In this document: piece by piece, positions 15,683 through 23,997 of the stretch
How the letters are laid out: every line of letters begins with the position of its first letter
Numbering within the stretch: position 1 is the first letter of the stretch
Source of the DNA: Microcoleus sp. D2_18a_B4
Lineage (GTDB): Bacteria > Cyanobacteriota > Cyanobacteriia > Cyanobacteriales > Microcoleaceae
Direction: 5' to 3' (one strand)
DNA: 24,000 nucleotides
Assembly (NCBI GenBank): GCA_036702475.1
Contig: JAUBTL010000010.1
Position numbers and translations under genes: made by a program
The notes under the pieces: model-generated
What the model saw: the letters and a program-made list of their open reading frames with translations, nothing else
What the model was told of the DNA's origin: nothing
Database searches by the model: none

Positions 15683-16447
15683 TTGAGCAGAATTATGGTA
15701 ATAACAGCAGCTTTGCGATCGGCTCCTAATAATTTAGCTTTAACCGCGCTGATTGCCATTGGTTTAGCGCTGACACATTTATTTTGCGGCAAGTTGCGGT
15801 TTGCTCCTATTCCTCGCAGTGGCTGGCTTTCAGCGGCTGGTGGGGTTTCGGTAGCTTATGTTTTTGTGCATATTTTACCGGAATTAAATCTGCACCAAGC
15901 GGTATTAGAGCAAGTAGAAGCAGGAGTTATTTCTTATCTAGAACACCACGTTTATTTAATAGCTTTGTTAGGATTGACTGTATTTTACGGCTTGGAGCAA
16001 ATTGCAAATTTATCTCGTCAGCGTGGCGAAGATGATGTGACGAGTCCTGGTGTTTTTTGGTTGCACATAGGCTCTTTTGCAATCTACAACGCTCTGATTG
16101 GCTATCTGCTGGTGCATCGGGAAGAACCGGGCCTTACCAATCTGCTGTTGTTTTCTTGTGCAATGGCACTGCACTTTGCAGTGAACGACTCTGGTTTGCG
16201 GGAACACCACAAACATATTTATGACCGCATCGGACGCTGGATACTAGCAGCAGCTATTATTGTGGGGTGGGTGTTGGGTAGCGCTACTGAAATTGGAAAA
16301 ACTGCGATCGCAGTTTTATTTGCTTTTTTAGCCGGAGGAATTGTTCTCAACGTCCTCAAAGAAGAATTGCCAGAAGAACGAGAAAGTCGGTTTTGGGCAT
16401 TTGCCCTTGGTGCTGGAATTTACACCGCTCTTTTATTGGCTTTGTAG
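15683..16447 (+). CDS. Integral membrane protein, about 7-8 transmembrane segments (possibly a ZIP-like metal permease fold; unassigned)
   Basis: 254-aa hydrophobic ORF with HILPEL and NVLKEELPEE motifs and several His/Glu residues in predicted helices. The start is either TTG 15683 or ATG 15695. Confidence 0.6.
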   Translation: MSRIMVITAALRSAPNNLALTALIAIGLALTHLFCGKLRFAPIPRSGWLSAAGGVSVAYVFVHILPELNLHQAVLEQVEAGVISYLEHHVYLIALLGLTVFYGLEQIANLSRQRGEDDVTSPGVFWLHIGSFAIYNALIGYLLVHREEPGLTNLLLFSCAMALHFAVNDSGLREHHKHIYDRIGRWILAAAIIVGWVLGSATEIGKTAIAVLFAFLAGGIVLNVLKEELPEERESRFWAFALGAGIYTALLLAL

Positions 16448-16482
16448 AGGAATCATATCGATTCCGGTTGCACCGGAATGAT

Positions 16483-16510
16483 TGTTGACTGTTGACTGTT
16501 GACTGTTGAC
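16483..16510. repeat. Heptamer tandem repeat (TGTTGAC)x4, equivalent to the STRR3-type (CAACAGT) cyanobacterial repeat
   Basis: Four perfect consecutive copies. Read in another phase or on the other strand the unit is ACTGTTG/CAACAGT, which I recall as the STRR3 consensus of heterocystous cyanobacteria. Confidence 0.8.
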
Positions 16511-16590
16511 GGTGAGTCAAAAGAATGAATATTACGCGAATTATTTGTGGGCAGCTTGATTCGACTTTTCGGCCGACGATGAAGCGCGGA

Positions 16591-16633
16591 TTTGATATCA
16601 TCATTCCGGCGCAGCCGGAATGATGATATCAAA
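16591..16633. repeat. Perfect 20-bp-stem palindrome (tttgatatcatcattccggc gca gccggaatgatgatatcaaa)
   Basis: The arms are exact reverse complements around a 3-nt loop. It shares the core cattccgg...ccggaatgat with a smaller hairpin at 16461-16479 (attccgg ttgca ccggaat). The two hairpins flank the STRR repeat. Confidence 0.8.
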
Positions 16634-16784
16634 TAAAGCCAAAACGTTCGAGCTTAAAACCATTATCAGGAATCAAGTGTTCTTTCAGACGGCGTTTAAA
16701 ATTACCGGAAGAATTTTTCCTAGCACTGCTACCCACTGCGGCGGTATTAACAGTCTTAACTTTAAAAGGTAAAGCTCTGCTCAT
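16629..16784 (-). CDS. Possible small basic protein (51 aa), below the ORF-track cutoff
   Basis: Hand translation: MSRALPFKVKTVNTAAVGSSARKNSSGNFKRRLKEHLIPDNGFKLERFGFI*. The stop codon lies inside the 16591-16633 palindrome. There is no clear Shine-Dalgarno sequence and no family assignment. Confidence 0.25.
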   Translation of the reverse strand: MSRALPFKVKTVNTAAVGSSARKNSSGNFKRRLKEHLIPDNGFKLERFGFI

Positions 16785-17192
16785 AGTTTAAGTGCTTAAA
16801 AGCTTACATTTATCTGACAGACTTTTTACTCCCTCATATAAATGTGTAGTTACTAAGACTACCCAGTTATCATTTTTGGCGATTTCACGCCATATATTGT
16901 CGCCAAACTCTTGCAGTTAAAGAGCCACTTTTTCGCTAGACCTGAGTCATCTATGATTAGGGTGAACCCCGTTTTTTGGGATTTGTGGGTAAAAACATCG
17001 TCTCTCGCGGCGAAACCATTTATCGAAGCATGGGGACATTGTGGTGGGAGTTGTTTCCTTTATGAGAGTTTTTCGACGTGGAAGCGCCAACTACACTACA
17101 ATGGATTTTACAATAAAAGGGACTAATTTTTGGTTTAAGTCCCTATAATCAACATTAAAGGCCGCAGCCTGTCAAGAGGTGTTGGAAGATTT

Positions 17193-19607
17193 ATGTGTGT
17201 CAACTTAGGGCATATCCTGCATGAAAGCTACGAAATTCTCGCTTTGTTGGGAGAGGGAGGGTTTGCTAGAACCTACACGGCTGTACAAATGAACCAACCT
17301 AATAATCCTCTGTGCGTTGTTAAGGAAATTCCTTTTCCCCCATCGAACGAGCCGCGCGTCTTGGAGGGGGCAAGGCACCGATTTGAAAGGGAAGCTAGGG
17401 CTTTGCGCCGTCTGGGGAGAAACTCGCGCATTCCCGAATTATTCGATAGCTTTGAAAAAAAGGATTATTTTTACTTAGTGCAAGAATACGTTCAAGGACA
17501 TCCGCTTAGTCAAGAACTCACTGCGGGCGATCGGTGGAATGAGCAACAAACTGTTGCTTTGTTGCGGGAAATTCTGGAAATATTAACATCAGTCCACCAA
17601 GAAAATATTATTCACCGCGATATTACACCTTCTAACTTAATTCGGCGCAAAACAGATCAAAAAATTGTTTTAATTGATTTTGGGGCCGTCAAAGAAATCG
17701 GCACTTTTACCTCTAACTCTACAGGTGAAATATTCAGCTCGCAGGCGATCGGCACCAGGGGTTATATGCCTGCCGAACAACACGATACGCGGTCTCTCCC
17801 GCAACCCTACAATGATATTTATGCAGTAGGAATCATCGCGATTCAAGCCCTCACCGGGCGGCGTCCCACCAATCTGCCGCAAGACCCCGAAACTGGTGAA
17901 ATTGTCTGGGATTATTTAACATCTGAACCTGTTAGCTGCAAGCTCAAAAATATTTTAACCAAGATGGTGCGTTTCCACTTTCAAGACCGCTACCAATCTG
18001 TTGATGAAGTTTTGCAAGACTTGGATTTGTCGATCGTCCCAGGGCCCCAGGTACCCAAAACTTCGCGGAAGTTGCGATCGGGCTTTCGCGGGCTGCTGTT
18101 CGGCGTTGCGGGAATTGCGGCTTTTGGGGCGATCGTACTTTTAATCCCCAGAATTTCCCCGCTAATCCCCAGAATTTCCCCGCAACCAACGCTGGCTACG
18201 CCCTCCGCAGATGGTGTAAGTTCCGGCGAAAAACTTCTAGTGCAAACCTCCGCCTTGTGGTCAAAACAAAGGGGAATCAATGAGTTTGCCGATTCTAATT
18301 ATCCCGAAGCTTTAAAATTGCTCAAACAGTCCTGGCGGGAAGACCGCAGAGATCCAGAAACTTTAATTTACATCAACAATGCTCTGCTAAAGGCAATAAA
18401 TGCAGAATATTACACGATCGCAATTGTTGTCCCTATCCGCAGAAATCAGGACGGCAGCATCCTCAACGCAAATTTAGCAGAAGAACTGATCCGCGGCATT
18501 GCTCAAGCTCAAACCGAAGTTAATTTAGGTCTTCTGGCTGCAAATGAGAACAATAAAGATTTTCCCGGTCAAGGCTTTCTCGAACCAAAAGCTATTAAAG
18601 GAAAAGGTCTCAAAGTCATCATTGCTGATGATGGCAATATCAAATCATACGCGGTTCAAAGGGCTAATTATCTGGTCGCTCAGCCCGATATTCTAGCAGT
18701 TATCGGACACTACACCAGTGACATGACTGTGGAAACAGTAGATATTTACAATCGAAATCAACTAATCGCCATTTCTCCGGGAAGCACAACAGAAGAACTG
18801 ACGCGAAAACCTAGAAAATTTTTCTTTCGGACGGCTCCGACAACTAGCATAGAAGCTGAAGCTTTGGTAAATCAACTGCTCTTGGTCGGTGAGAAAAAAG
18901 TCGCAGTATTTTACAATCCCAACAGTCCGTTTAGCGCTTCTTTGTGGGAAGAATTCAAAAAGCAATTTGAAGCAAAAGGAGGCTCGACTTTTAGGCTAAG
19001 TAATTATTACGACTTATCTAAAAATAATTTTAAGGCCGAAGCAGCAATCACAGAAGTTGAGAAAGCCGGAAAAACAGCCTTACTTGTCATTCCCGACGGT
19101 CAAGTCACTAATTCCCTGGAAAATGCGATCGAAATGATTAAAGCTAATGGCGATCGCAATTGGATTGTCGGGCCTTGGACTCTGTACGAGCCGAGAACGT
19201 TAGAAGTAGCAAAAGAGCTAAAGTCTGTTGAAAAACTGGGCATATCCGTGTTTTGGCATCCGTTAATAAGTTTTGACAAAAAATTTCCGCAAAACGCTGA
19301 AAAATTGTGGGGAGGCCCGGTCAATACTCGATCGGCTTTAACCTACGATGCCGCCCGGACGCTGATTAAAGCCCTCGAAATGCAGCCAGAACCCAGCCGC
19401 GAAGGAATGCAAAAAACCTTAGCCGATCCCAACTTTAAAGCCGAAGGAGCTACGGGTATAATTGAGTTTGACTCAAAGACTGGAAATCGGAAAAACCCTC
19501 CTAAACGAGTGGCGCATATTGTGCCGTGTTCTAGAGAACAGTTTGGAGTTACATTTGTGCCGAACGAATTTCCCACAGCCGCAGCCGCAGGTTTAAAATG
19601 CGATTGA
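17193..19607 (+). CDS. Hanks-type Ser/Thr protein kinase fused through one transmembrane segment to an extracytoplasmic type-1 periplasmic-binding-protein (Leu/Ile/Val-binding-like) domain
   Basis: 804-aa ORF. Kinase motifs are present: GEGGFARTY, VVKEI, HRDITPSNL, DFGAVK, GTRGYMPAEQ. The transmembrane segment is LLFGVAGIAAFGAIVLLIP. The C-terminal ~420 aa have PBP1/LivK-like features (YTIAIVVPI..., AVIGHYTSDMT, ISPGSTTEEL, ALLVIPDG). Confidence 0.9.
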   Translation: MCVNLGHILHESYEILALLGEGGFARTYTAVQMNQPNNPLCVVKEIPFPPSNEPRVLEGARHRFEREARALRRLGRNSRIPELFDSFEKKDYFYLVQEYVQGHPLSQELTAGDRWNEQQTVALLREILEILTSVHQENIIHRDITPSNLIRRKTDQKIVLIDFGAVKEIGTFTSNSTGEIFSSQAIGTRGYMPAEQHDTRSLPQPYNDIYAVGIIAIQALTGRRPTNLPQDPETGEIVWDYLTSEPVSCKLKNILTKMVRFHFQDRYQSVDEVLQDLDLSIVPGPQVPKTSRKLRSGFRGLLFGVAGIAAFGAIVLLIPRISPLIPRISPQPTLATPSADGVSSGEKLLVQTSALWSKQRGINEFADSNYPEALKLLKQSWREDRRDPETLIYINNALLKAINAEYYTIAIVVPIRRNQDGSILNANLAEELIRGIAQAQTEVNLGLLAANENNKDFPGQGFLEPKAIKGKGLKVIIADDGNIKSYAVQRANYLVAQPDILAVIGHYTSDMTVETVDIYNRNQLIAISPGSTTEELTRKPRKFFFRTAPTTSIEAEALVNQLLLVGEKKVAVFYNPNSPFSASLWEEFKKQFEAKGGSTFRLSNYYDLSKNNFKAEAAITEVEKAGKTALLVIPDGQVTNSLENAIEMIKANGDRNWIVGPWTLYEPRTLEVAKELKSVEKLGISVFWHPLISFDKKFPQNAEKLWGGPVNTRSALTYDAARTLIKALEMQPEPSREGMQKTLADPNFKAEGATGIIEFDSKTGNRKNPPKRVAHIVPCSREQFGVTFVPNEFPTAAAAGLKCD
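18142..18183 (+). repeat. Perfect in-frame 21-bp tandem duplication inside the kinase gene
   Basis: taatccccagaatttccccgc occurs twice (18142-18162 and 18163-18183) and encodes the duplicated peptide LIPRISP-LIPRISP just after the transmembrane segment. Confidence 0.9.
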
Positions 19608-19638
19608 ATTAATATCTTGTGGCATTTTCCACAAACCT

Positions 19639-19747
19639 TTTAAGGGCGGGCTCTCCTGCCCAACCCCTACTCCCCACAATAAAATTTACTCTTTAAGGGC
19701 GGGCTCTCCTGCCCAACCCCTACTCCCCACAATAAAATTTACTCTTT
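19639..19747. repeat. Perfect 53-bp tandem duplication in the kinase-PHP intergenic region
   Basis: The unit aagggcgggctctcctgcccaacccctactccccacaataaaatttactcttt is found at 19642-19694 and 19695-19747, preceded by a matching ttt. The unit length is not a multiple of 3. Confidence 0.9.
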
Positions 19748-20069
19748 GTCGAACCGGCCGTCGGGCCTGTTGCTGAGAATGATGCAATAGGGGCGAGTAA
19801 ATTGATATCTTGCGGCATTCTCCCCAAACCTGTAGATCCGCGTTTTACCAACTATAATTGCCTAAAATCAATAATCTCATAAACCCGCCCCACCCGACGA
19901 TAAAATGCTGGATAGAGAATTGTGGAAGATGTGCGAGTGAATTGATATCTGGTGTCGAACGCAACAATCCGCCAGATATTTCAATCCCACAGCAGACTAT
20001 TGCCACAGGTGCAGCATATCAATTTATTAGATATATTAAACAAAGCTAGTTTTTTTTATAATAACGCTT

Positions 20070-20789
20070 ATGACTGTCAATCTCGCTCCCTTCCCCGGTT
20101 CTAGCCTCAAACCAGAAGCCCAGAATATCTCAGCACTCAAACAAGTCTTTCAGACAATTGATGCCGATAGCTGTCCGGGTTCCTATAATTTTCATATGCA
20201 CACAGTCTACTCCGACGGGCGATTGCAGCCAGAGAAATTGATGGAACAAGCCATAGCCAGAGGTCTCAAAGGCTTAGCTATCACCGACCACCACAGCACC
20301 GAAGGCTACGTTAAAGCTCAAATTTGGCTGGATAATTGGAAATTAAACCATCCCGACAAAAATAGCGAAGCACCTAGTCTCTGGACAGGCGCTGAAATTA
20401 ATGCCGAATTGCTCAACAATGAGGTACACATTCTCGCTTACGCCTTCGATCCGCAACATCCCAGTCTCAAACCATACCTACGAGGTAAAAGCACTGAAGG
20501 CACTTATTGTTATTCAGCAGCCAGGGTAATTGAAGCTATTCATGAAGCAGGAGGTTTAGCAGTTCTCGCACATCCTTGCAGGTATCGATCGACTGCAGAT
20601 AAACTAATCCCAGAAGCAGCCAGTTTCGGCATTGACGGTGTAGAAATTTACTATGCTTACGGTAATCCAAATCCTTGGAAACCGAGTCCCAAACAAACTG
20701 CTTTAGTGAAAGATTTAGCAGAAACTTATGGTTTGCTGGGAACTTGTGGCACGGACTCTCACGGGCTGAGTCTTCTCGTCCGAATCTAA
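20070..20789 (+). CDS. PHP-domain metal-dependent phosphoesterase
   Basis: 239-aa ORF with the PHP His/Asp motifs NFHMHTVYSDG, LAITDHHS, EVHILAY, LAHP, GIDGVEIYY and GTDSHG. Confidence 0.88.
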   Translation: MTVNLAPFPGSSLKPEAQNISALKQVFQTIDADSCPGSYNFHMHTVYSDGRLQPEKLMEQAIARGLKGLAITDHHSTEGYVKAQIWLDNWKLNHPDKNSEAPSLWTGAEINAELLNNEVHILAYAFDPQHPSLKPYLRGKSTEGTYCYSAARVIEAIHEAGGLAVLAHPCRYRSTADKLIPEAASFGIDGVEIYYAYGNPNPWKPSPKQTALVKDLAETYGLLGTCGTDSHGLSLLVRI

Positions 20790-20940
20790 ATAGTTCGGAA
20801 ATAACAAGTGCTTTATCCTGTCATTACCAGTCTAAGCGTTAGCGGATATATCTCTTATGAAAGCAATCACAATGAGCCGAAAACAAACAGTTTATCAGGG
20901 CATATTATGTCCGCTAAAATGACGACTATAAAATTGTTTG

Positions 20941-20992
20941 GTAGTGAGGACTTCAGTCCTCATAAAAGTCTCTGGACTGAAGTTTTCACTAC
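20941..20992 (+). repeat. Long hairpin repeat element (19-bp stem) between the convergent PHP and chpX genes
   Basis: gtagtgaggacttcagtcc (20941-20959) pairs with ggactgaagttttcactac (20974-20992), including two G-U pairs on the plus-strand RNA. The gtgaggacttcagtcctcac-type motif resembles a dispersed cyanobacterial hairpin repeat family. It may act as a bidirectional transcript-end structure. Confidence 0.5.
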
Positions 20993-21138
20993 TTGCCTTA
21001 TAACGGCTATTTTACGGGACGTGATATCATTGCGATCGCCAGGATGAGCTTTCGCTTTCCCAAAGAAAGCAATTGCTTTCTTCAGGTATTATTGTGGTAA
21101 CTCCTAGAGACATTGCGCCCTCAAAACCAGTCGCCATT

Positions 21139-22305
21139 CTACCGTTCGGGGAACAACTGACAGGCCCTATTAGTTGGCTGATTTGCCCAATCCAAGCGAG
21201 AATTCCCAAATCGATCCATCCAACCTTCCAAATAAGCCCGATTAGCCTTTCTTTCCTCTGGATCTGATGTATTCATTGGATGAGGTGCTAGACCGAAAAT
21301 AGTCGCCGTCGTCACGCAAAACATCGACTTTTGAAAACTCTGGCAAATTTGCACCCGCACATCGTCTTCACCGCGACAGCTAGTGCGATAAACTTCGTGC
21401 AAATACTCCGGCAAATAATGACGCATATCTTGCATTAATTGAGTTGGCGGAATCCCTGCACCTCCAATCGGTAAAGGGTCAGCAAACAAAGCCCCGTAGG
21501 CAAATTCTCTTTGTTCTTCCGGGATTTGATGAGCTTGAGCGTTGTAGGAAACTGTACCAAAAAACGCAGTGCCCCGAAAGAAAATTGACTCTACATAAGG
21601 CACTGCTACATCTGGTAAAAATGTTAAGTTAGCGCTCGCCGGAATGATATCGTAGACTTGAGGGCCAATCTTGACGCTGTAGGTAATTGGTAAACTGGCG
21701 GCGCTAACCAAACCTGCTAAGACAAAATCAACTACGTCTGCGATCGACTTAATTTTACCGGCTTCGTAGGAATCAGATAAGTCGATGAACAAATCGCTCA
21801 TTACCCGCCAAAACTGACCGAGACCGGTGTAGTAAGCCAGCATCCGCACTTGTTCCGGCAAAAAATCAGGAAATGCTTTGTTTAGTCCCTGCATGAAAAA
21901 ATTGCCTTTCAATTTAGCAGCGATCGCCTTTTCGACCAAACTGCTAAATTCCGGGGAATCCAAATAAGTGTCCAAACCGCCGCCCCCGTGCCACAGCATT
22001 GTTCTCATACAATACTCAGCATACTCAAAATTAATGCGATCGTGCCACAAATAGCGAATTAATTTGGGTAGCGTTACCTCTCCGTTGAAATATTTAAAAA
22101 ACGGGAAAAGCACTAAAAACTGTTCTTCTGCAATATAATTGAGATTGCGAGAATAGGCATCGAGAACCACACCGTAACTTTTGAGAATGCCGACAACTTC
22201 TACTACATTTTCCGCCGATTCGGGAAGCAAAGCTTTGCCTGATTCCAAGAGGTCAATGTATGCGGATAGGGGATGGGAAGAGGGTTTTAATACGGTACTT
22301 TTCAT
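21139..22305 (-). CDS. chpX: CO2 hydration protein of the NDH-1 CO2-uptake complex (ChpX/CupB type, judged by size)
   Basis: 388-aa ORF immediately downstream of ndhD on the same strand. The sequence is ChpXY-family (…VVEVVGILKSYGVVLDAYSRNLNYIAEEQFLVLFPFFKYFNGE…LWHDRINFEYAEYCMRTMLWHGGGGLDTYLDSPEF…). The ~390-aa length fits CupB/ChpX better than the longer CupA/ChpY. Confidence 0.85.
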   Translation of the reverse strand: MKSTVLKPSSHPLSAYIDLLESGKALLPESAENVVEVVGILKSYGVVLDAYSRNLNYIAEEQFLVLFPFFKYFNGEVTLPKLIRYLWHDRINFEYAEYCMRTMLWHGGGGLDTYLDSPEFSSLVEKAIAAKLKGNFFMQGLNKAFPDFLPEQVRMLAYYTGLGQFWRVMSDLFIDLSDSYEAGKIKSIADVVDFVLAGLVSAASLPITYSVKIGPQVYDIIPASANLTFLPDVAVPYVESIFFRGTAFFGTVSYNAQAHQIPEEQREFAYGALFADPLPIGGAGIPPTQLMQDMRHYLPEYLHEVYRTSCRGEDDVRVQICQSFQKSMFCVTTATIFGLAPHPMNTSDPEERKANRAYLEGWMDRFGNSRLDWANQPTNRACQLFPER

Positions 22306-22375
22306 TCTTATTTAACCTTAAGTGAAGGAAGGAACGACAAGGATTTGAACACGGATACACTGATAAAGGGAATAG

Positions 22376-22404
22376 GTAGGGACACGGCAGTGCCGTCTCC
22401 CTAC
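22376..22404. repeat. Hairpin in the ndhD-chpX spacer
   Basis: ggtaggga-c-acggc-agt-gccgt-c-tccctac: two stem segments (7 bp and 5 bp) separated by a C/C mismatch. The motif gtagggacacggcagtgccgt resembles a dispersed cyanobacterial hairpin repeat. Confidence 0.5.
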
Positions 22405-22479
22405 AGCCGTCTGCTGTATTTCATGGGATTGAAAACTGCCATAAGACTAAAGTCCGATGCTACGAACCTAGGTCATATT

Positions 22480-23997
22480 TTATTTCAAGTTTTGAGCAAT
22501 CACTTTAACTTGGGGTGGCACATTAGCAACCATTCCGATCGCAGTTTTCTCGCTCAAAGCAACTAAAACTCCCGGTTGCACTCCCATGATTGCGATAATT
22601 ATGGCTAAAACCAGCGAAGGGATGCGATCGCGCCAGCGGACTTGCGGCAAATTTACCACCACATCCGAAAGGCGGCCGAAAAAGGCGCGGTTGACCATAA
22701 TTAAAAAGTAAACAGAAGTTAAACCAGTGCCGATCATGCAGAGCAAAGTTTGCACCGGAAACACTGGCAAACTGCCCCGAAATATCAAAAATTCAGCAAT
22801 AAATCCAGCCAAACCCGGAATGCCGGCACTAGCCATCACGCCGAGGATCATTAAACTGCCAATCATCGGCAAACCGCGATCGGGATTGAACAAACCTTTG
22901 AGCACATCGATGTTGCGGGTGCCGGATTTTTTGTAAACAACGCCGACACTCAAAAATAGCAGCCCCGAAATTAAACCGTGGCTAACCATTTGCAAAACAG
23001 TTCCCAGCATACTAATCGGAGTAGCTGCGGCGCTAGCTAACAAAATGTAGCCCATGTGAGCGATCGAACTGTAAGCTACAATTTTTTTCATATCTTTTTG
23101 GGCGATCGCGCAACTCGCCCCGTAAAGCACGCTTACCACCGCCCAACTCGCCAAAGTCGGCGCCGCCACCGCCCACGCATCTGGAAACAAACCCAAACCA
23201 AAGCGCAGCATCCCATAAGTTCCCAGCTTCAAAAGCACCCCCGCCAGCAGCACCGAAACCGGCGTCGAAGCTTCTACGTGAGCATCCGGCAGCCAAGTAT
23301 GAAAAGGCACTAAAGGCATCTTAATTCCAAAAGCCAGCAACACCCCTGCCAGCAAAACAATTTGCCTTACCAAAGGCAATGGCAATCCTCCTTGCAAATG
23401 CGATGCGCCCGCTGCACCAACCATATCGAAACTAGAAGCACCACTAAGCCAACCAGTCCCCAAGAAAGCAGCCAGCAGCACAATTCCCGAAAATGCAGTA
23501 TAGATTAAAAACTTAGTAGCAGCATAACCCCGGCGCTCGCCTCCCCAAATCGCAATTAACAGGTAAAGCGGAATCAATTCTACCTCAAAAAACAGGAAAA
23601 ACAGCAGCAAATTTTGAGATAAAAAAGCCCCGGTTACGCCGCCTGTAATTAACAGAATCAAAGAATAATAAAGTCGAGGTCTGCGGATCGACTCATCCGT
23701 AGCGTAAATAGCTAGCCCTGTCAGCAGAGTATTTAAAATTACCAAAGGCAGAGACAAACCATCAACGCCGAGATTGTAATTCAATCCCAAAGCATCTATC
23801 CAAGGGATAAATTCCGAAAACTGCAACTGACTGGTACTGGCATCAAACTGAACTGCCAAAATCACCGATAGAATAAAAGTTATACCCGCAATGGCGATCG
23901 CGACATTCCGAACTATTTTAGAACTGATCGCACCGGGCCAGAGCCCAATCAGGGCGGCCGCCAACATTGGTATCCAGATTAAAGCACTGAGCATCAA
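22480..23997 (-). CDS. ndhD: NAD(P)H-quinone oxidoreductase subunit D (NDH-1 chain 4), CO2-uptake-associated D3/D4 class
   Basis: 505-aa polytopic ORF with NuoM/NdhD signatures (…PFHTWLPDAHVEASTPVSVLLAGVLLKLGTYG…AYSSIAHMGY…). Linkage to chpX suggests ndhD4. ndhF4 is expected just beyond the right edge of the window. Confidence 0.9.
   Translation of the reverse strand: MMLSALIWIPMLAAALIGLWPGAISSKIVRNVAIAIAGITFILSVILAVQFDASTSQLQFSEFIPWIDALGLNYNLGVDGLSLPLVILNTLLTGLAIYATDESIRRPRLYYSLILLITGGVTGAFLSQNLLLFFLFFEVELIPLYLLIAIWGGERRGYAATKFLIYTAFSGIVLLAAFLGTGWLSGASSFDMVGAAGASHLQGGLPLPLVRQIVLLAGVLLAFGIKMPLVPFHTWLPDAHVEASTPVSVLLAGVLLKLGTYGMLRFGLGLFPDAWAVAAPTLASWAVVSVLYGASCAIAQKDMKKIVAYSSIAHMGYILLASAAATPISMLGTVLQMVSHGLISGLLFLSVGVVYKKSGTRNIDVLKGLFNPDRGLPMIGSLMILGVMASAGIPGLAGFIAEFLIFRGSLPVFPVQTLLCMIGTGLTSVYFLIMVNRAFFGRLSDVVVNLPQVRWRDRIPSLVLAIIIAIMGVQPGVLVALSEKTAIGMVANVPPQVKVIAQNLK

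Noticed and set aside
16911-17126. 71-aa ORF upstream of the kinase gene, and the ORFs 19858..20049 and 20808..21047
   Set aside because: These are intergenic ORFs with no ribosome-binding sites or recognisable domains. Two of them run through repeat or hairpin elements.
17670-19576. Minus-strand ORFs inside the kinase gene (17670..17882, 17944..18280, 18762..18965, 19100..19324, 19343..19576)
   Set aside because: They are antisense to a CDS with unambiguous kinase and PBP motifs.
19606-19990. Possible CRISPR array, given its proximity in the window to a Cas9-like (IscB) gene
   Set aside because: The repeats are of different lengths (53, 31 and 18 bp). One pair is directly tandem with no spacer. 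The spacings are irregular (about 193 and 140 bp). The locus is 6 kb from iscB with unrelated genes in between.
21027-23313. Short ORFs overlapping chpX/ndhD or their spacer (21027..21209, 21073..21267, 21444..21632, 22345..22566, 22727..22936, 23033..23296, 23056..23313)
   Set aside because: They overlap strongly supported genes in other frames or strands, or span the hairpin-containing spacer. Their composition is Arg/Pro-rich, as expected of antisense frames.
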